The position numbers and the translations under genes were made by a program. This document shows, piece by piece, positions 1 to 10,207 of a stretch of 64,000 nt of DNA. The stretch covers positions 288,001-352,000 of the forward strand of contig OZ255726.1 in NCBI GenBank assembly GCA_965277405.1. Reading direction: 5' to 3'. The notes under the pieces are model-generated. The model saw only the letters and a list, made by a program, of their open reading frames with translations, was not told where the DNA came from and searched no databases. Every line of letters begins with the position of its first letter. The stretch's first letter is position 1. The stretch is from Gammaproteobacteria bacterium. Its GTDB lineage: Bacteria > Pseudomonadota > Gammaproteobacteria > G965277405.

Positions 1-39
1 CCAACAAATACTCTTTTTAGATTTTACGCAGAGCGTATA

Positions 40-1047
40 TTGCCTGTAATACCAAGTAGCATCAAAATTCGCTTGACGGCCGATCTGGTAATGGCAACTT
101 TTATTTTGATAGCAAGCTTTCAGTCGGCAAAACTAGGATGGAGCTTAGCCGAAAAGTTTGGTGTTGTAGTCCAAGATACTGAGGTGTTTTCAATTACCCC
201 GCCTGCTGCTATAAGCCGTCTATCGCCTGCGTGGGGGCGATGGATTGATATAGCCAGTGTTGAGCCGCAAACCAAGCAAGCTGTTGTGCAGAAAACTGTA
301 ACGCCTGCAACCTTGCCAACAATCGACACCTCACTTAACATCGTTGGGTTAATCGACTTGGGTATTGCAGGTGTGGCAATTATGCAAGTCAACGGTGCTG
401 GAGTGCGGGTATATAGCGTCGGCGATGTTGTTGACGGCGATGTTTTCCTTGCGTCAGTTACCTCTGAATCATTAATGCTCTCCATTTATTTACCTGATGG
501 GGAAAAAGTATCGAAAGAATGTTTCTTACCCAATGCTATCAATGCCATAAGTACATATGAAAAACATGAATTGAGTTATTCACCCATCAAAACACTTGAT
601 GCAGGCGAGCGTTTAGATGCCGCAGCACAGCCAATAACCAAGGCAAATCAAGATGGCGCAACTCCAGTGGCAGTAACTGCTAAACCTGCAGTTAAAAATA
701 CCGTTCAGGTAGTGTCGCTGCAGTCATTACCTAAGAGCGAACAGGCTAATGTTGCTGCTGTGCGTAAAGGCTTAGCAAATGCACCGTTAGACATTATGCG
801 CGAATTTCAAATGAGCAGAGTGCAAGTTGGTCGCAGGTCTGGATTAAGGGTAGCGTCTTCAAAATACAGAGGGTTATTGCACTCATTTGGCTTGCGTGAT
901 AGCGATATTGTTTTACGTATCAATGGTAAATCAGTCAATGATGTGTTACGCAGTCCACAATTATGGAATAGTTTACTTGCTGCCAAACAATTTGTTGTTG
1001 ATATTTGGCGCGATGGACAAGAGAAAAAGTTATATATGAAATTATGA
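40..1047 (+). CDS. gspC: Type II secretion protein C with C-terminal PDZ domain (start uncertain)
   Basis: N-terminal TM segment, HR-like region (GIAGVAIM..YSVGD), PDZ-like GLRDSDIVLRING; directly upstream of the secretin gene. Confidence 0.8.
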   Translation: MPVIPSSIKIRLTADLVMATFILIASFQSAKLGWSLAEKFGVVVQDTEVFSITPPAAISRLSPAWGRWIDIASVEPQTKQAVVQKTVTPATLPTIDTSLNIVGLIDLGIAGVAIMQVNGAGVRVYSVGDVVDGDVFLASVTSESLMLSIYLPDGEKVSKECFLPNAINAISTYEKHELSYSPIKTLDAGERLDAAAQPITKANQDGATPVAVTAKPAVKNTVQVVSLQSLPKSEQANVAAVRKGLANAPLDIMREFQMSRVQVGRRSGLRVASSKYRGLLHSFGLRDSDIVLRINGKSVNDVLRSPQLWNSLLAAKQFVVDIWRDGQEKKLYMKL

Positions 1048-3233
1048 AACTTCGTTTTTTTCTTTTTTTCACCATGTTGCTTACCTATGTGCCGGCTACT
1101 GCGGCAGGCGAGTTATCAATTAATTTTCGTAATGTTGATATTGGTCTTGTTGTTGAAAGTGTCTCTAAACTCACGGGGCGTAATTTTATTCTTGACCCAC
1201 GGGTGAATGGGCGGGTAACCCTGCTCGCAAGCACGCCTGTTAATGAAGAAGACTTATACGAGGTGCTGCTCAATATCCTGCATGTGTATGGCTTTGCAGC
1301 AATTCCAGGAACAGATATTACTAAAATTGTGCCGGCCGCAATCGCCAGGAGTTATGCCCCTGCGTATACTGAAAAAGAACGCCATGCATTAATTACTGAA
1401 GTTATTAAGGTAGTGAATAATTCTTCACAACAGCTTGTCGCGGTGCTGCGCCCAATGCTTTCACAAAACGCGCATCTCGTCGCATTAGCAAACGGCAATT
1501 CATTAGTTGTGAGTGACGTTAAAGTTAATGTTGAGCGTATCAAAAAAATCATTACCAAGATTGATACAGTACAAAAACGCGACTATGACATTATTCAACT
1601 CAACCATGCATCAGCAGAGCACGTTATGGCATTGGTGCAGTCAATCTATAAAAACAATAATGAAACGCTTGCATTAAATTTGCAAATAGACACCCGCACC
1701 AATCGACTGATTTTATCAGCCAGTAAAGATCTGCGGCTGGCAGCACGCGCATTAATTGCTGAACTTGATACGCCGCTTGACTCAGGGAGCAATGTCCGCG
1801 TGTTGTACCTAAAATTTGCCAAGGCAGAAAACTTGGTTCCAGTGATAGAAAGCCTGTTGAATTCTGACAGTTTTAAAAGTATTGCAACGACAAATGCGAG
1901 CGCTGGCGACCCACTGGCTGCTGCTTTGCAACCAAAAGGTGCTACTAAGCCAAGTGTTGTCGCAATACAGCAAGCATCAACTATACAGTCGTTATCGAAT
2001 GGCAACCCTAGTGCGCTATTAAATACGACATCTGTGACAGCTGATACCGATCTAAACGCACTGATTATCAGCGGACCAAGTTCAATTATCGGCTCGCTAG
2101 AGGCAGTCATTCGCAAGCTTGATATTCCCCGTGCCCAAGTTTCGATTGAAGTTATTATTGCCGAACTTTCTGATAACCAATTAAATGAATTGGGTTTAGA
2201 TTGGATTGCAAATACCAACATCAAAGCAATTGGCGACTTAAGCGGTAATTTAACGAGCGCACTAACTGCTGCTACGCAAACCGGCGGTGTCGCGGCGCTT
2301 GCAGCGCTTGCACAAGGTAAAGGAATGGTCACAGGTATTGGTAGCGGATCCCTTACTGATGGCTGGGCTATGTTGATTAGTGCTATTGATAGTGATGGTA
2401 CATCCAATGTGTTATCCACACCGTATATCATCACCTTAGATAATGAGGAAGCAAATTTTGTTGCAGGTGAAGATGTGCCATTTGTCACAGGGAGTTCGAC
2501 AACTTCTGCTGGTGCTTCTACCAGCCCATTCCAGACAATTTCTCGCAAACAACTTGGGATTAAATTAAAAGTAAAGCCACAAATAACTGGTGGCGATACC
2601 ATTAAGCTAGAAATATCTCAAGAGGTTTCTAGCGTTGTACCAAATAGCATTAATGCCAGTGATTTGGTTACATCGGTGCGCCAAATAGAGACGGTAGTCC
2701 AAGTCAACGACAATGGCGTAATTGCTTTAGGTGGCTTGCAGCAAAATCGCCAACTTGAAACAACCAATAGCATACCAATTTTAAGCTCAATACCGCTATT
2801 GGGAGCGCTGTTTCGCTATCAAAATTCCGAGATGCGCAAAACAACATTAATGTTATTCCTGCGTCCGCGAATTTTAAAAAACGATAGCGACTTATCGGCA
2901 ATGAGTTATGCAAAATATCATCACTTTCGCTCACAGCAGATGGAGTATAATAAAAACAGATCATTTATTGATTATAATGAGCGGCCGCTATTGCCTGAAT
3001 TGCGGAGTCTGCCAATGGTATTAGATTTAGGATTAAACAAACAAGAAAGCGTAACGTTTGTTAAACGACTAGATTTTTTAGGAACAGATGCGGCTAAACA
3101 GGTATTTAGCCAATCGCAACAACAGCGATCGGCATTGCAACAATCGCTTGATGAAGACGGCAGCTTTGATGATATAATTCCTAAGGAACCTCTGATTAAG
3201 TCCATGATGGGCGAGACGGAGAAAAAACGCTGA
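1044..3233 (+). CDS. gspD: Type II secretion secretin; final ~15 residues derive from the inserted repeat element
   Basis: INFRNVDI..SKLTGRNFILDPRV N0 domain, LDIPRAQV.IE, NVLSTPYIITLDNEEA, IPILSSIPLLGALF; ATG 1044 overlaps the gspC stop. Confidence 0.95.
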   Translation: MKLRFFLFFTMLLTYVPATAAGELSINFRNVDIGLVVESVSKLTGRNFILDPRVNGRVTLLASTPVNEEDLYEVLLNILHVYGFAAIPGTDITKIVPAAIARSYAPAYTEKERHALITEVIKVVNNSSQQLVAVLRPMLSQNAHLVALANGNSLVVSDVKVNVERIKKIITKIDTVQKRDYDIIQLNHASAEHVMALVQSIYKNNNETLALNLQIDTRTNRLILSASKDLRLAARALIAELDTPLDSGSNVRVLYLKFAKAENLVPVIESLLNSDSFKSIATTNASAGDPLAAALQPKGATKPSVVAIQQASTIQSLSNGNPSALLNTTSVTADTDLNALIISGPSSIIGSLEAVIRKLDIPRAQVSIEVIIAELSDNQLNELGLDWIANTNIKAIGDLSGNLTSALTAATQTGGVAALAALAQGKGMVTGIGSGSLTDGWAMLISAIDSDGTSNVLSTPYIITLDNEEANFVAGEDVPFVTGSSTTSAGASTSPFQTISRKQLGIKLKVKPQITGGDTIKLEISQEVSSVVPNSINASDLVTSVRQIETVVQVNDNGVIALGGLQQNRQLETTNSIPILSSIPLLGALFRYQNSEMRKTTLMLFLRPRILKNDSDLSAMSYAKYHHFRSQQMEYNKNRSFIDYNERPLLPELRSLPMVLDLGLNKQESVTFVKRLDFLGTDAAKQVFSQSQQQRSALQQSLDEDGSFDDIIPKEPLIKSMMGETEKKR

Positions 3234-3478
3234 TGATAACTAGACGCAGTGCGCAGACAATACTGGTGGTCTTGTGGGTGTTGCCAAGTGCTGCAACGAC
3301 GTTAGCGCAGCGTTTTTTATCCGTCCTTCTGTTGAATATACTTTGGGTTTGCTGCAGCGGTACTTGCTGTGTTGCATCCCTTGGCGTATATGCTACGGCA
3401 TACGCCTGCGGAATGCGCCTTGCAATCATCAGCAATTTCAGGCAAACTCGCTCCATCAGCGAGTTAGTCAGAGGTTCT
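3185..3478 (+). mobile_element. MITE-like element, full copy 1 (294 bp), CTAA target duplication
   Basis: Ends GGAACCTCTGATTAA / TTAGTCAGAGGTTCT; CTAA at 3181-3184 and 3479-3482; homologous to copies at 17368, 58492 and 59830. Confidence 0.9.
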
Positions 3479-3546
3479 CTAAGAATAATGATGGCACTAC
3501 CCATGAGAACATGAACGCAGCTAGCCGGTCTGCTGAGGATCGATAA

Positions 3547-5127
3547 ATGACCGACCTCAACCAATATTTTAATGAAGAGATGCTCACAGATGAGCAAGAT
3601 GCAGCTACTGTTATTGATATTGATATTGATATTGGGGCAACAGCCGTTAAAAAGCGGTTGCCGTATCAATTTGTAAAAACCAATCATGTGTTTATTGAGC
3701 TGCATGACAACAAAGTCGACGTTATTTATGCTGAAGGACACCCCCCTGCCCCGCTAATTCTTGCGGAAATACAACGTACATATGCTGTTATAAATGGTAT
3801 TAAGCCATTAACAAGGTGGCAGTTTGATACCCGTGTGCAAGCAATGTATGCAAGTGCTGATACATCATCAGAAGCTGTTGGTGCATTAAGCGACTCAATC
3901 GTAGGGCTCGATGAAGCAACCGCAATGTTGGACGAGCCTGACGATCTGCTCAGTGGTGATGACGGTGCGCCAATCGTGCGCTTAATTAATGCCATTTTTT
4001 ATGAAGCATATCGAGAAAAGGCCTCGGATATCCACGTCCAGCCTTTTGAAAAACAATTGGTTGTGCGTTTTCGTGTAGATGGAGTGTTAAAAACAATTGT
4101 TAAAGCTTCGCGAAAATTTTCGCCATTAGTTGTTTCGCGCATCAAAGTAATGGCGAAACTTGATATTGCCGAAAAACGCATTCCACAAGACGGTCGAATC
4201 ACGATTCGCCTAGGTGGAAAAAGTGTTGATATGCGCGTCTCGACAATTCCAACAGCATTTGGCGAACGCGTCGTGATGCGCTTACTCGATAAAGAAGCAA
4301 CGCGACTTGATCTAGACTCATTAGGAATGCAGCTGGCACAGTTACAGCTTCTCAATACAGTAATCAATCGCTCGCATGGAGTGTTTTTAGTGACAGGTCC
4401 GACTGGTTCAGGAAAAACCACTACGTTGTATGCAAGTTTGAGCGAAATTGACACGCAACATTTAAACGTGATGACTGTCGAGGATCCGATTGAATATTAT
4501 TTTGAGGGTATGAGTCAAACGCAAGTCAACATTCGTGCCGATATGACTTTTGCCCGCGGACTACGCGCAATTTTACGTCAAGACCCTGACGTGGTTATGG
4601 TTGGTGAAATTCGCGATAGCGAAACAGCCGAAATATGTGTCCAAGCCAGTTTAACTGGTCACTTAGTGCTTTCTACCCTCCACACCAATAGCGCTACTGG
4701 TGCGATTACTCGGCTTATTGACATGGGTATTGAGCCATTCTTGGTGGCATCAACATTGCAAGGAGTATTAGCACAACGGCTGGTGAGAAAATTGTGTAAT
4801 TCCTGTAAAACGGCGTATGAACCAACAGTCCATGAACAACGAGTGTTTTCTGCGGAGTTAGCAAAGCAAAAAGCTGTAACAATTTATTCTCCAAATGGCT
4901 GCGATGAATGCTATCAATCGGGCTATGCTGGCAGAATTGGGGTGTATGAATTAATCCAGATTGATCATAATCTACGTGAAATGATTCATAATAACGCAGG
5001 AGAAATATATTGGAATAAATACGTTCGAGAGCAGCAAAAAGTTATTAGCTTGCGTGAATATGGACTTGGTTTGGTCCTTGCTGGTGTTACGAGTTTTCAA
5101 GAAATAATGCGCGTGACCCAAGAGTAA
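3547..5127 (+). CDS. gspE: T2SS assembly ATPase
   Basis: ASDIH, RFRVDG, PQDGRI, Walker A GPTGSGKTT, LRQDPDVVMVGEIRD, CxxC..CxxC. Confidence 0.97.
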   Translation: MTDLNQYFNEEMLTDEQDAATVIDIDIDIGATAVKKRLPYQFVKTNHVFIELHDNKVDVIYAEGHPPAPLILAEIQRTYAVINGIKPLTRWQFDTRVQAMYASADTSSEAVGALSDSIVGLDEATAMLDEPDDLLSGDDGAPIVRLINAIFYEAYREKASDIHVQPFEKQLVVRFRVDGVLKTIVKASRKFSPLVVSRIKVMAKLDIAEKRIPQDGRITIRLGGKSVDMRVSTIPTAFGERVVMRLLDKEATRLDLDSLGMQLAQLQLLNTVINRSHGVFLVTGPTGSGKTTTLYASLSEIDTQHLNVMTVEDPIEYYFEGMSQTQVNIRADMTFARGLRAILRQDPDVVMVGEIRDSETAEICVQASLTGHLVLSTLHTNSATGAITRLIDMGIEPFLVASTLQGVLAQRLVRKLCNSCKTAYEPTVHEQRVFSAELAKQKAVTIYSPNGCDECYQSGYAGRIGVYELIQIDHNLREMIHNNAGEIYWNKYVREQQKVISLREYGLGLVLAGVTSFQEIMRVTQE

Positions 5128-5133
5128 CAATAC

Positions 5134-6357
5134 ATGGAAAAATATGAATACCAAGCTATAAATAGCAAAGGTAAGAAAGTATCTGGGTTCATTGAGCAAG
5201 AAAATATCAAAGCGGCGCGCGCACAACTGCGCAAACAAGGCGTGATGCCAACGTCTATCGAAGAGGCTGGGAAATTTATCCATTCTACCAGATCGATGTT
5301 TGGATTTATTTCGCTGAAAAGCAAAGTCAAATCTATTGATCTGATGGTGTTAACACGGCAATTAGCCACATTAGTCAGCGCTGGAAATCCTCTTGTAGAA
5401 AGCTTGAGTTTGATTGGTCGACAAAGCGAAAACAAACGCTTGGCAAAAGCGGTGACGCTGATTAAAGGACTACTGACCGAAGGCTATAGTCTATCGTATG
5501 CGCTGGCAAATAATACCTTAATCTTTCCTGTCAGTTATATTGCAACCGTTGCCGCAGGCGAAGAAAGCGGCAAATTACCACAAGTATTGCTGCGTTTGGC
5601 GGATGATGTTGAAAAAAGCGCGCAGACCAAACAGACCGTTGGTGGAGCATTAGTGTATCCAGTAATTATGGTGGTAGTCGCAATTTCTGTGGTGGTGTTA
5701 TTGATGACATTTGTTGTGCCAAAAATAACCGAAGTATATGCAAGTCAAAATCAACAGTTGCCAATTTTGACAACAGTGATGATTAGTGTGAGCGAGACAT
5801 TACGTGCGCATGGCATATATATCCTCTGGTGTATTTTAATCTCCATTATCACGTTTGTGTATGTATACCGTAGGCCTAGCTTTAAGTATCGTGTCCATCG
5901 TCTCCTCGTAAAATCTCCAGTATTGGGTCACTGGATTATTATTGCTAATGTCAGCCGTTGGTCGCGAAGCTTGAGTATTTTATTGTCAAGTGGCGTGCCT
6001 TCATTACAATCAATCCAACTTGCAAGTGACTCTATCAGTAATCTGTATTTACATGATAAAATGTTGCAAGTAACAAAAAATGTTCGTGAAGGCGCTAGTT
6101 TGTTTCGTTCGCTACAACAGCACAGCGAGTTTCCTAATTTTTTAACGTATTTAATAAATAGTGGCGAGCAAAGCGGCAACTTAGACGAAATGCTGATGCG
6201 CACCGCTGATTATTATGAAAGAACATTGCGCCAAACAACCGAGGCTGCCGTCAAGTTGTTTGAGCCATTACTTATCTTAGTGATGGGCTCGGTGGTAATG
6301 GTGATAGTAATGGCGATTTTGCTACCGTTGTTTGGTATAAATCAACTCATTAAATAG
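5134..6357 (+). CDS. gspF: T2SS inner-membrane platform protein
   Basis: TRQLATLV, AGEESGKL, ALVYP, SGEQSGNL, EPLLIL. Confidence 0.96.
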   Translation: MEKYEYQAINSKGKKVSGFIEQENIKAARAQLRKQGVMPTSIEEAGKFIHSTRSMFGFISLKSKVKSIDLMVLTRQLATLVSAGNPLVESLSLIGRQSENKRLAKAVTLIKGLLTEGYSLSYALANNTLIFPVSYIATVAAGEESGKLPQVLLRLADDVEKSAQTKQTVGGALVYPVIMVVVAISVVVLLMTFVVPKITEVYASQNQQLPILTTVMISVSETLRAHGIYILWCILISIITFVYVYRRPSFKYRVHRLLVKSPVLGHWIIIANVSRWSRSLSILLSSGVPSLQSIQLASDSISNLYLHDKMLQVTKNVREGASLFRSLQQHSEFPNFLTYLINSGEQSGNLDEMLMRTADYYERTLRQTTEAAVKLFEPLLILVMGSVVMVIVMAILLPLFGINQLIK

Positions 6358-6372
6358 ATAATTGGAATAGAC

Positions 6373-6768
6373 ATGAATGTAAAAAATATGCAACACCTAG
6401 CCGCCGGCAAGCAACGCGGCGTAACGTTGATAGAACTGTTAGTGGTTTTAGTGATTATCAGCGTATTAGCAGCGATGGTCGTGCCACAATTTTTTGGTCA
6501 AGCAGACGAAGCGCGGGTCAAAGTTGCTAAAGCTGATGTTGCCAATATTCGCAACGCTGTAGAAATTTACCGACTTAATAATGGTAGTTATCCAACATCG
6601 TTACAAGAAATAGCAGGGGTGGGAAAGTCGCTACGAAAATTACCAAAAGACCCTTGGGGCAAAGATTATCACTATCAAGTAAACGCCAATGCTTTCACAT
6701 TGTATTCAACTGGTGCAGATGGTGTGGAAGGAGGCAGTGGCGTTGATGAAGATATTAAGGATGAGTAA
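6373..6768 (+). CDS. gspG: T2SS major pseudopilin
   Basis: QRG|VTLIELLVVLVII, YRLNNGSYP, PKDPWG, GADG. Confidence 0.92.
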   Translation: MNVKNMQHLAAGKQRGVTLIELLVVLVIISVLAAMVVPQFFGQADEARVKVAKADVANIRNAVEIYRLNNGSYPTSLQEIAGVGKSLRKLPKDPWGKDYHYQVNANAFTLYSTGADGVEGGSGVDEDIKDE

Positions 6769-6784
6769 CTCCAATAGATAAGCT

Positions 6785-7507
6785 ATGCGCTGTAAAGCTG
6801 CAGGATTTACCCTTATTGAGCTGCTGGTAGTACTTGTTGTTATTGCTATTGTTACAGGTTCAGCCATAACCATGCTTATTACTGACGATAAGCTTACGAC
6901 GCTTGATGCGTTTAGCCAAAGTATGAATAAGCAGTTTGAATACGCCCGTACCCATGCCGTACTTACAGGTAAGCCGTATGGTTTTTTTTTGGTAGATAAT
7001 CAGTTAGTACTGCGTTCATTTAGCAGGTCATCAGCGTTTGCTGATACCAGCAGTGATGGTGATGCAAGTAGCGACACAAGTACCAGCACATCAATACTCA
7101 GCGCAGCAGATACCGCAGCATTAGCAACTGACGCGCATACTGCAGATGCAGATGTCAGAACATTTGCAGAATTCACCAGAGTCTTTAGTGAAGAACCGCA
7201 GCCAATATGGACAGCAGTTGCAGATGCAAAAATCACATGGGATGAAGCAGAAATCCAAGTTTCATGGCTCCTCGAAACAGCAATTCAACGAGTGTTGCGC
7301 AAAACCTCTAAGGAATTAAAAGACCTGTTGAATGTCAATGATACAAAAGAAGAAGTTGCGGATCCACCATCGATTATTTTTTGGCCAAACGGGATGGTGT
7401 TTCCGACAGGAAAAGTTGTCGTGCGCTTCATCGATGCCGCTAAAAGTAGTGAAAGAATTACCTTAAAATGGGACATTGCCGGGCTGCTGGCATTAGAAAA
7501 AAAATGA
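6785..7507 (+). CDS. gspH: T2SS minor pseudopilin H-like, with Ser/Thr/Asp-rich insert
   Basis: G|FTLIELLVVL prepilin motif, IIFWPNG; position after gspG. Confidence 0.8.
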   Translation: MRCKAAGFTLIELLVVLVVIAIVTGSAITMLITDDKLTTLDAFSQSMNKQFEYARTHAVLTGKPYGFFLVDNQLVLRSFSRSSAFADTSSDGDASSDTSTSTSILSAADTAALATDAHTADADVRTFAEFTRVFSEEPQPIWTAVADAKITWDEAEIQVSWLLETAIQRVLRKTSKELKDLLNVNDTKEEVADPPSIIFWPNGMVFPTGKVVVRFIDAAKSSERITLKWDIAGLLALEKK

Positions 7508-7869
7508 GGACACAACGAGGGTTCACATTGGTTGAAGTGATGGTTGCCGCAACGTTGCTGGCGGTTGGCGCTGGCGGTCTGTCGCTAAGTCTATCAAAAT
7601 ATGTCAGGCAATTATCGATTGTAAAACAGCGAATGGCAAAACAAAATGTTGCTTGGAATGTGCTGAATGAAGCACTGGTACAACAAGCCGTTGGCAACAT
7701 TAAATTTGATACTGATGGATCGACAACCTTAAATAATACAAAATATTCATGGAAAGTAGCTAAGGTAGAAACTTCTGCCGCGGCCATCAAGCGCATAGAT
7801 GTGTATGTGGCGGTAGCTGGTGAAGCTGAAACTGACAAAATACTTTCAACTATGCTTATTACGCAGTAA
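7504..7869 (+). CDS. gspI: T2SS minor pseudopilin I-like
   Basis: QRG|FTLVEVMVA, A.N.L.E, RIDVYV. Confidence 0.8.
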   Translation: MRTQRGFTLVEVMVAATLLAVGAGGLSLSLSKYVRQLSIVKQRMAKQNVAWNVLNEALVQQAVGNIKFDTDGSTTLNNTKYSWKVAKVETSAAAIKRIDVYVAVAGEAETDKILSTMLITQ

Positions 7870-8586
7870 ATATTGTTGTTCAGCTCGCTGTAAATCTTCT
7901 TGAGTATCAACGCCAATTCCTCCAGAACATTGTGCTTTTGCAAGATAGATAGCTGCACCATTTTCAAGTGCCCGTAATTGCTCAAGTTGTTCGCTGCGTT
8001 CAAGAATCGTTGGTTTCCAGTGAGTATATTGCGCAAGAAAACTAAAGCGGTAGGCATAAATACCGATATGTTTTTTTGCTGGTGGCTGCGTTGCACTACG
8101 GATAAATGGAATGGCTGCTCGGCTGAAGTACAACGCCCGCCCACGCGTGTCGGTGACCACTTTTACATTATTTGCATCTGCTATCTGTGCTGGGTCATGC
8201 ATGGTTTCATATAATGATGCCATTACAGCAGTATTTTTGGCTAACAACTTGGCAACTTGATTAATATTTTCATAGGCTATTAGCGGTTCATCTCCTTGGA
8301 CATTGACGATAACATCGTCATTGCTAAAGCCCATCGCTGCAGCAGCCTCGTAAACTCTATCACTGCCAGAGGCGTTATCATGCGTTAGTACGGCAATCCC
8401 GCCGGCTGCGTGCACAGCATCGCAGATCCGCAGGTCATCTGTAGCGACTATCACTTGATAGGCACCAGAGCGTTGTGCGCAGCGCAGGGTGTGGACAATC
8501 ATCGGCATACCTGCAATCGGCAGCAGTGATTTTCCTGGCAGGCGGGTGGAGTTAAAGCGAGCAGGGATGATAACCGAAAAGCGCAT
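7846..8586 (-). CDS. kdsB: CMP-Kdo synthetase
   Basis: IIPARFNSTRLPGK, VNVQGDEP, KHIGIYAY, EQLEQLRALENG. Confidence 0.97.
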   Translation of the reverse strand: MRFSVIIPARFNSTRLPGKSLLPIAGMPMIVHTLRCAQRSGAYQVIVATDDLRICDAVHAAGGIAVLTHDNASGSDRVYEAAAAMGFSNDDVIVNVQGDEPLIAYENINQVAKLLAKNTAVMASLYETMHDPAQIADANNVKVVTDTRGRALYFSRAAIPFIRSATQPPAKKHIGIYAYRFSFLAQYTHWKPTILERSEQLEQLRALENGAAIYLAKAQCSGGIGVDTQEDLQRAEQQYLLRNKHS

Positions 8587-8660
8587 GTGAAAAAACTGTT
8601 ATAAAAATAATATGGTATCGTTGCAGCTGCGTTTCTATTTATTATTTCAAGCTTAATCGT

Positions 8661-9623
8661 ATGAGTATAATTCTTGCCAGTGGGCGAAACACCGTTTCCT
8701 TAGCGCGCGATGCGTTGGTAGTTGTTGCCCAAGCGATTGACGGTCGCTTTGAACAAGCTGTAGAGGTGTTGTTGAATTGTAGCGGTAAAGTGATTGTGAC
8801 TGGTATGGGCAAGTCTGGTCACATTGCCAATAAAATTGCGGCAACACTTGCCAGTACAGGCACTCCAGCTTTTTTTTTACACCCTGCTGATGCCTGCCAC
8901 GGTGATCTTGGCTCGGTGGCGGCAAATGATGTAGTGCTGGCATTATCCCATTCAGGTAATTCTAGTGAAATTGCTGATATTATGCCGACATTGCACGCTA
9001 TTGGCGTTGCTATCATTGGTATTTCTAGCAATCCAGCGTCGATGCTCGCTAAACAAGCGACCCTGCATATTTGCCTAGCAATAACCAAAGAGGCATGCCC
9101 GCATAATCTTGCCCCCACCAGCAGTACTACCGCTGCACTGGTTATGGGTGATGCGTTGGCAATGGCATTGTTTAAAAAGCGCGGTCTAGCGCCAAGCGAT
9201 TTTGCCTTTCGCCATCCCAAGGGCACGCTTGGGCGAAGATTGACATTGCGAATCCACAATATCATGCGCAGCGACTACCCTATAGTTCTCCAAGGCACCA
9301 GCATTAGTGATACATTGGTAGTAATGACTCAGAAAGCATTTGGGTTTATTGGCATCGTCAATGTCACTGGAAAAGTGGTTGGTATTTTTAGTGATGGTGA
9401 TTTACGCAGATTATTTGTTGCGGTCGATGGGGCACAACTTGCTGATAGTATTGATGCGGTAATGACAACAGAGTTTGTAGCGTTCACATCGCAACAGCTA
9501 GTGGTTGAAGCAGTAGAAGTTTTTGAACAACAGCAGATCACCGGTGCATTTTGCCTTGATGACAACGGTCAACCACTCGGCGCGTTTAATTTTCACGATT
9601 TACTCGATAGTGGCGTGCAGTAG
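8661..9623 (+). CDS. kdsD: Arabinose-5-phosphate isomerase (SIS plus 2 CBS)
   Basis: GMGKSGHIA, STGTPAFFLHP, HGDLG, NLAPTSST, HPKGTLG. Confidence 0.95.
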   Translation: MSIILASGRNTVSLARDALVVVAQAIDGRFEQAVEVLLNCSGKVIVTGMGKSGHIANKIAATLASTGTPAFFLHPADACHGDLGSVAANDVVLALSHSGNSSEIADIMPTLHAIGVAIIGISSNPASMLAKQATLHICLAITKEACPHNLAPTSSTTAALVMGDALAMALFKKRGLAPSDFAFRHPKGTLGRRLTLRIHNIMRSDYPIVLQGTSISDTLVVMTQKAFGFIGIVNVTGKVVGIFSDGDLRRLFVAVDGAQLADSIDAVMTTEFVAFTSQQLVVEAVEVFEQQQITGAFCLDDNGQPLGAFNFHDLLDSGVQ

Positions 9624-10207
9624 TGTTGTCGATACCTAAATGGGCGCAGCGTGGTGGAATGCCACAGATTATGTTGCTCGGACTACTGTTGTTGTTAGGA
9701 TATATTGTCAACATATACGTTGTAGCTGCAATTGAGGAAATGTTAACTCCTAGCCAGCAACCACATAGTAGTCAAGCAATGCCAGACATTATTTTTGCAG
9801 GCGTGCACCATCAAGAATATGACGAGGATGGTAAGCTGTTATTGATAGTCAATAGCCAGCGTTTAGAATATAGCCGCCATGGTGGTCATGGTGTATTCAC
9901 GCCAATTAAAATACAAATGGTCGATAGTGACGCTCATGTTACAGCGACAAGCGGCACGTGGCATGGCAATACGCGGCGTTTTGTGCTGCACGGCAACGTT
10001 GTGGCAACCACTCCATTTGGCAAAAGTAAGGCAACTATTCAGACTGAAACTATGGCATATGCTGTTGCTGAGAAGCATATATATTTTCCTGAGACCATGA
10101 AAATTACTACTGCAAATGCGTCAATTAAAGCCGAGCAAGGTAGTTATGATGTGGCTAAGCAACAAACTAGCTTGCTCCACGTGCAGATGGTGGCTATAAC
10201 TCCATGA
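9623..10207 (+). CDS. lptC: LPS export protein LptC-like
   Basis: N-terminal TM, L.GNV and IQTETM.Y jellyroll motifs; synteny kdsD-lptC-lptA-lptB. Confidence 0.75.
   Translation: MLSIPKWAQRGGMPQIMLLGLLLLLGYIVNIYVVAAIEEMLTPSQQPHSSQAMPDIIFAGVHHQEYDEDGKLLLIVNSQRLEYSRHGGHGVFTPIKIQMVDSDAHVTATSGTWHGNTRRFVLHGNVVATTPFGKSKATIQTETMAYAVAEKHIYFPETMKITTANASIKAEQGSYDVAKQQTSLLHVQMVAITP

Noticed and set aside
3613-3634. (GATATT)n in the gspE 5' region as a phase-variation tract
   Set aside because: Short and in-frame (IDIDIDI); slippage would not switch the gene off
3196-3741. Hypothetical ORFs over MITE copies (also 17401-17598, 38362-38658, 42619-42819, 58172-58716, 59852-60112) and N-terminal extensions of rpoN, rppH and prmC
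   Set aside because: They are translations of the repeat, with no transposase or other domain motifs
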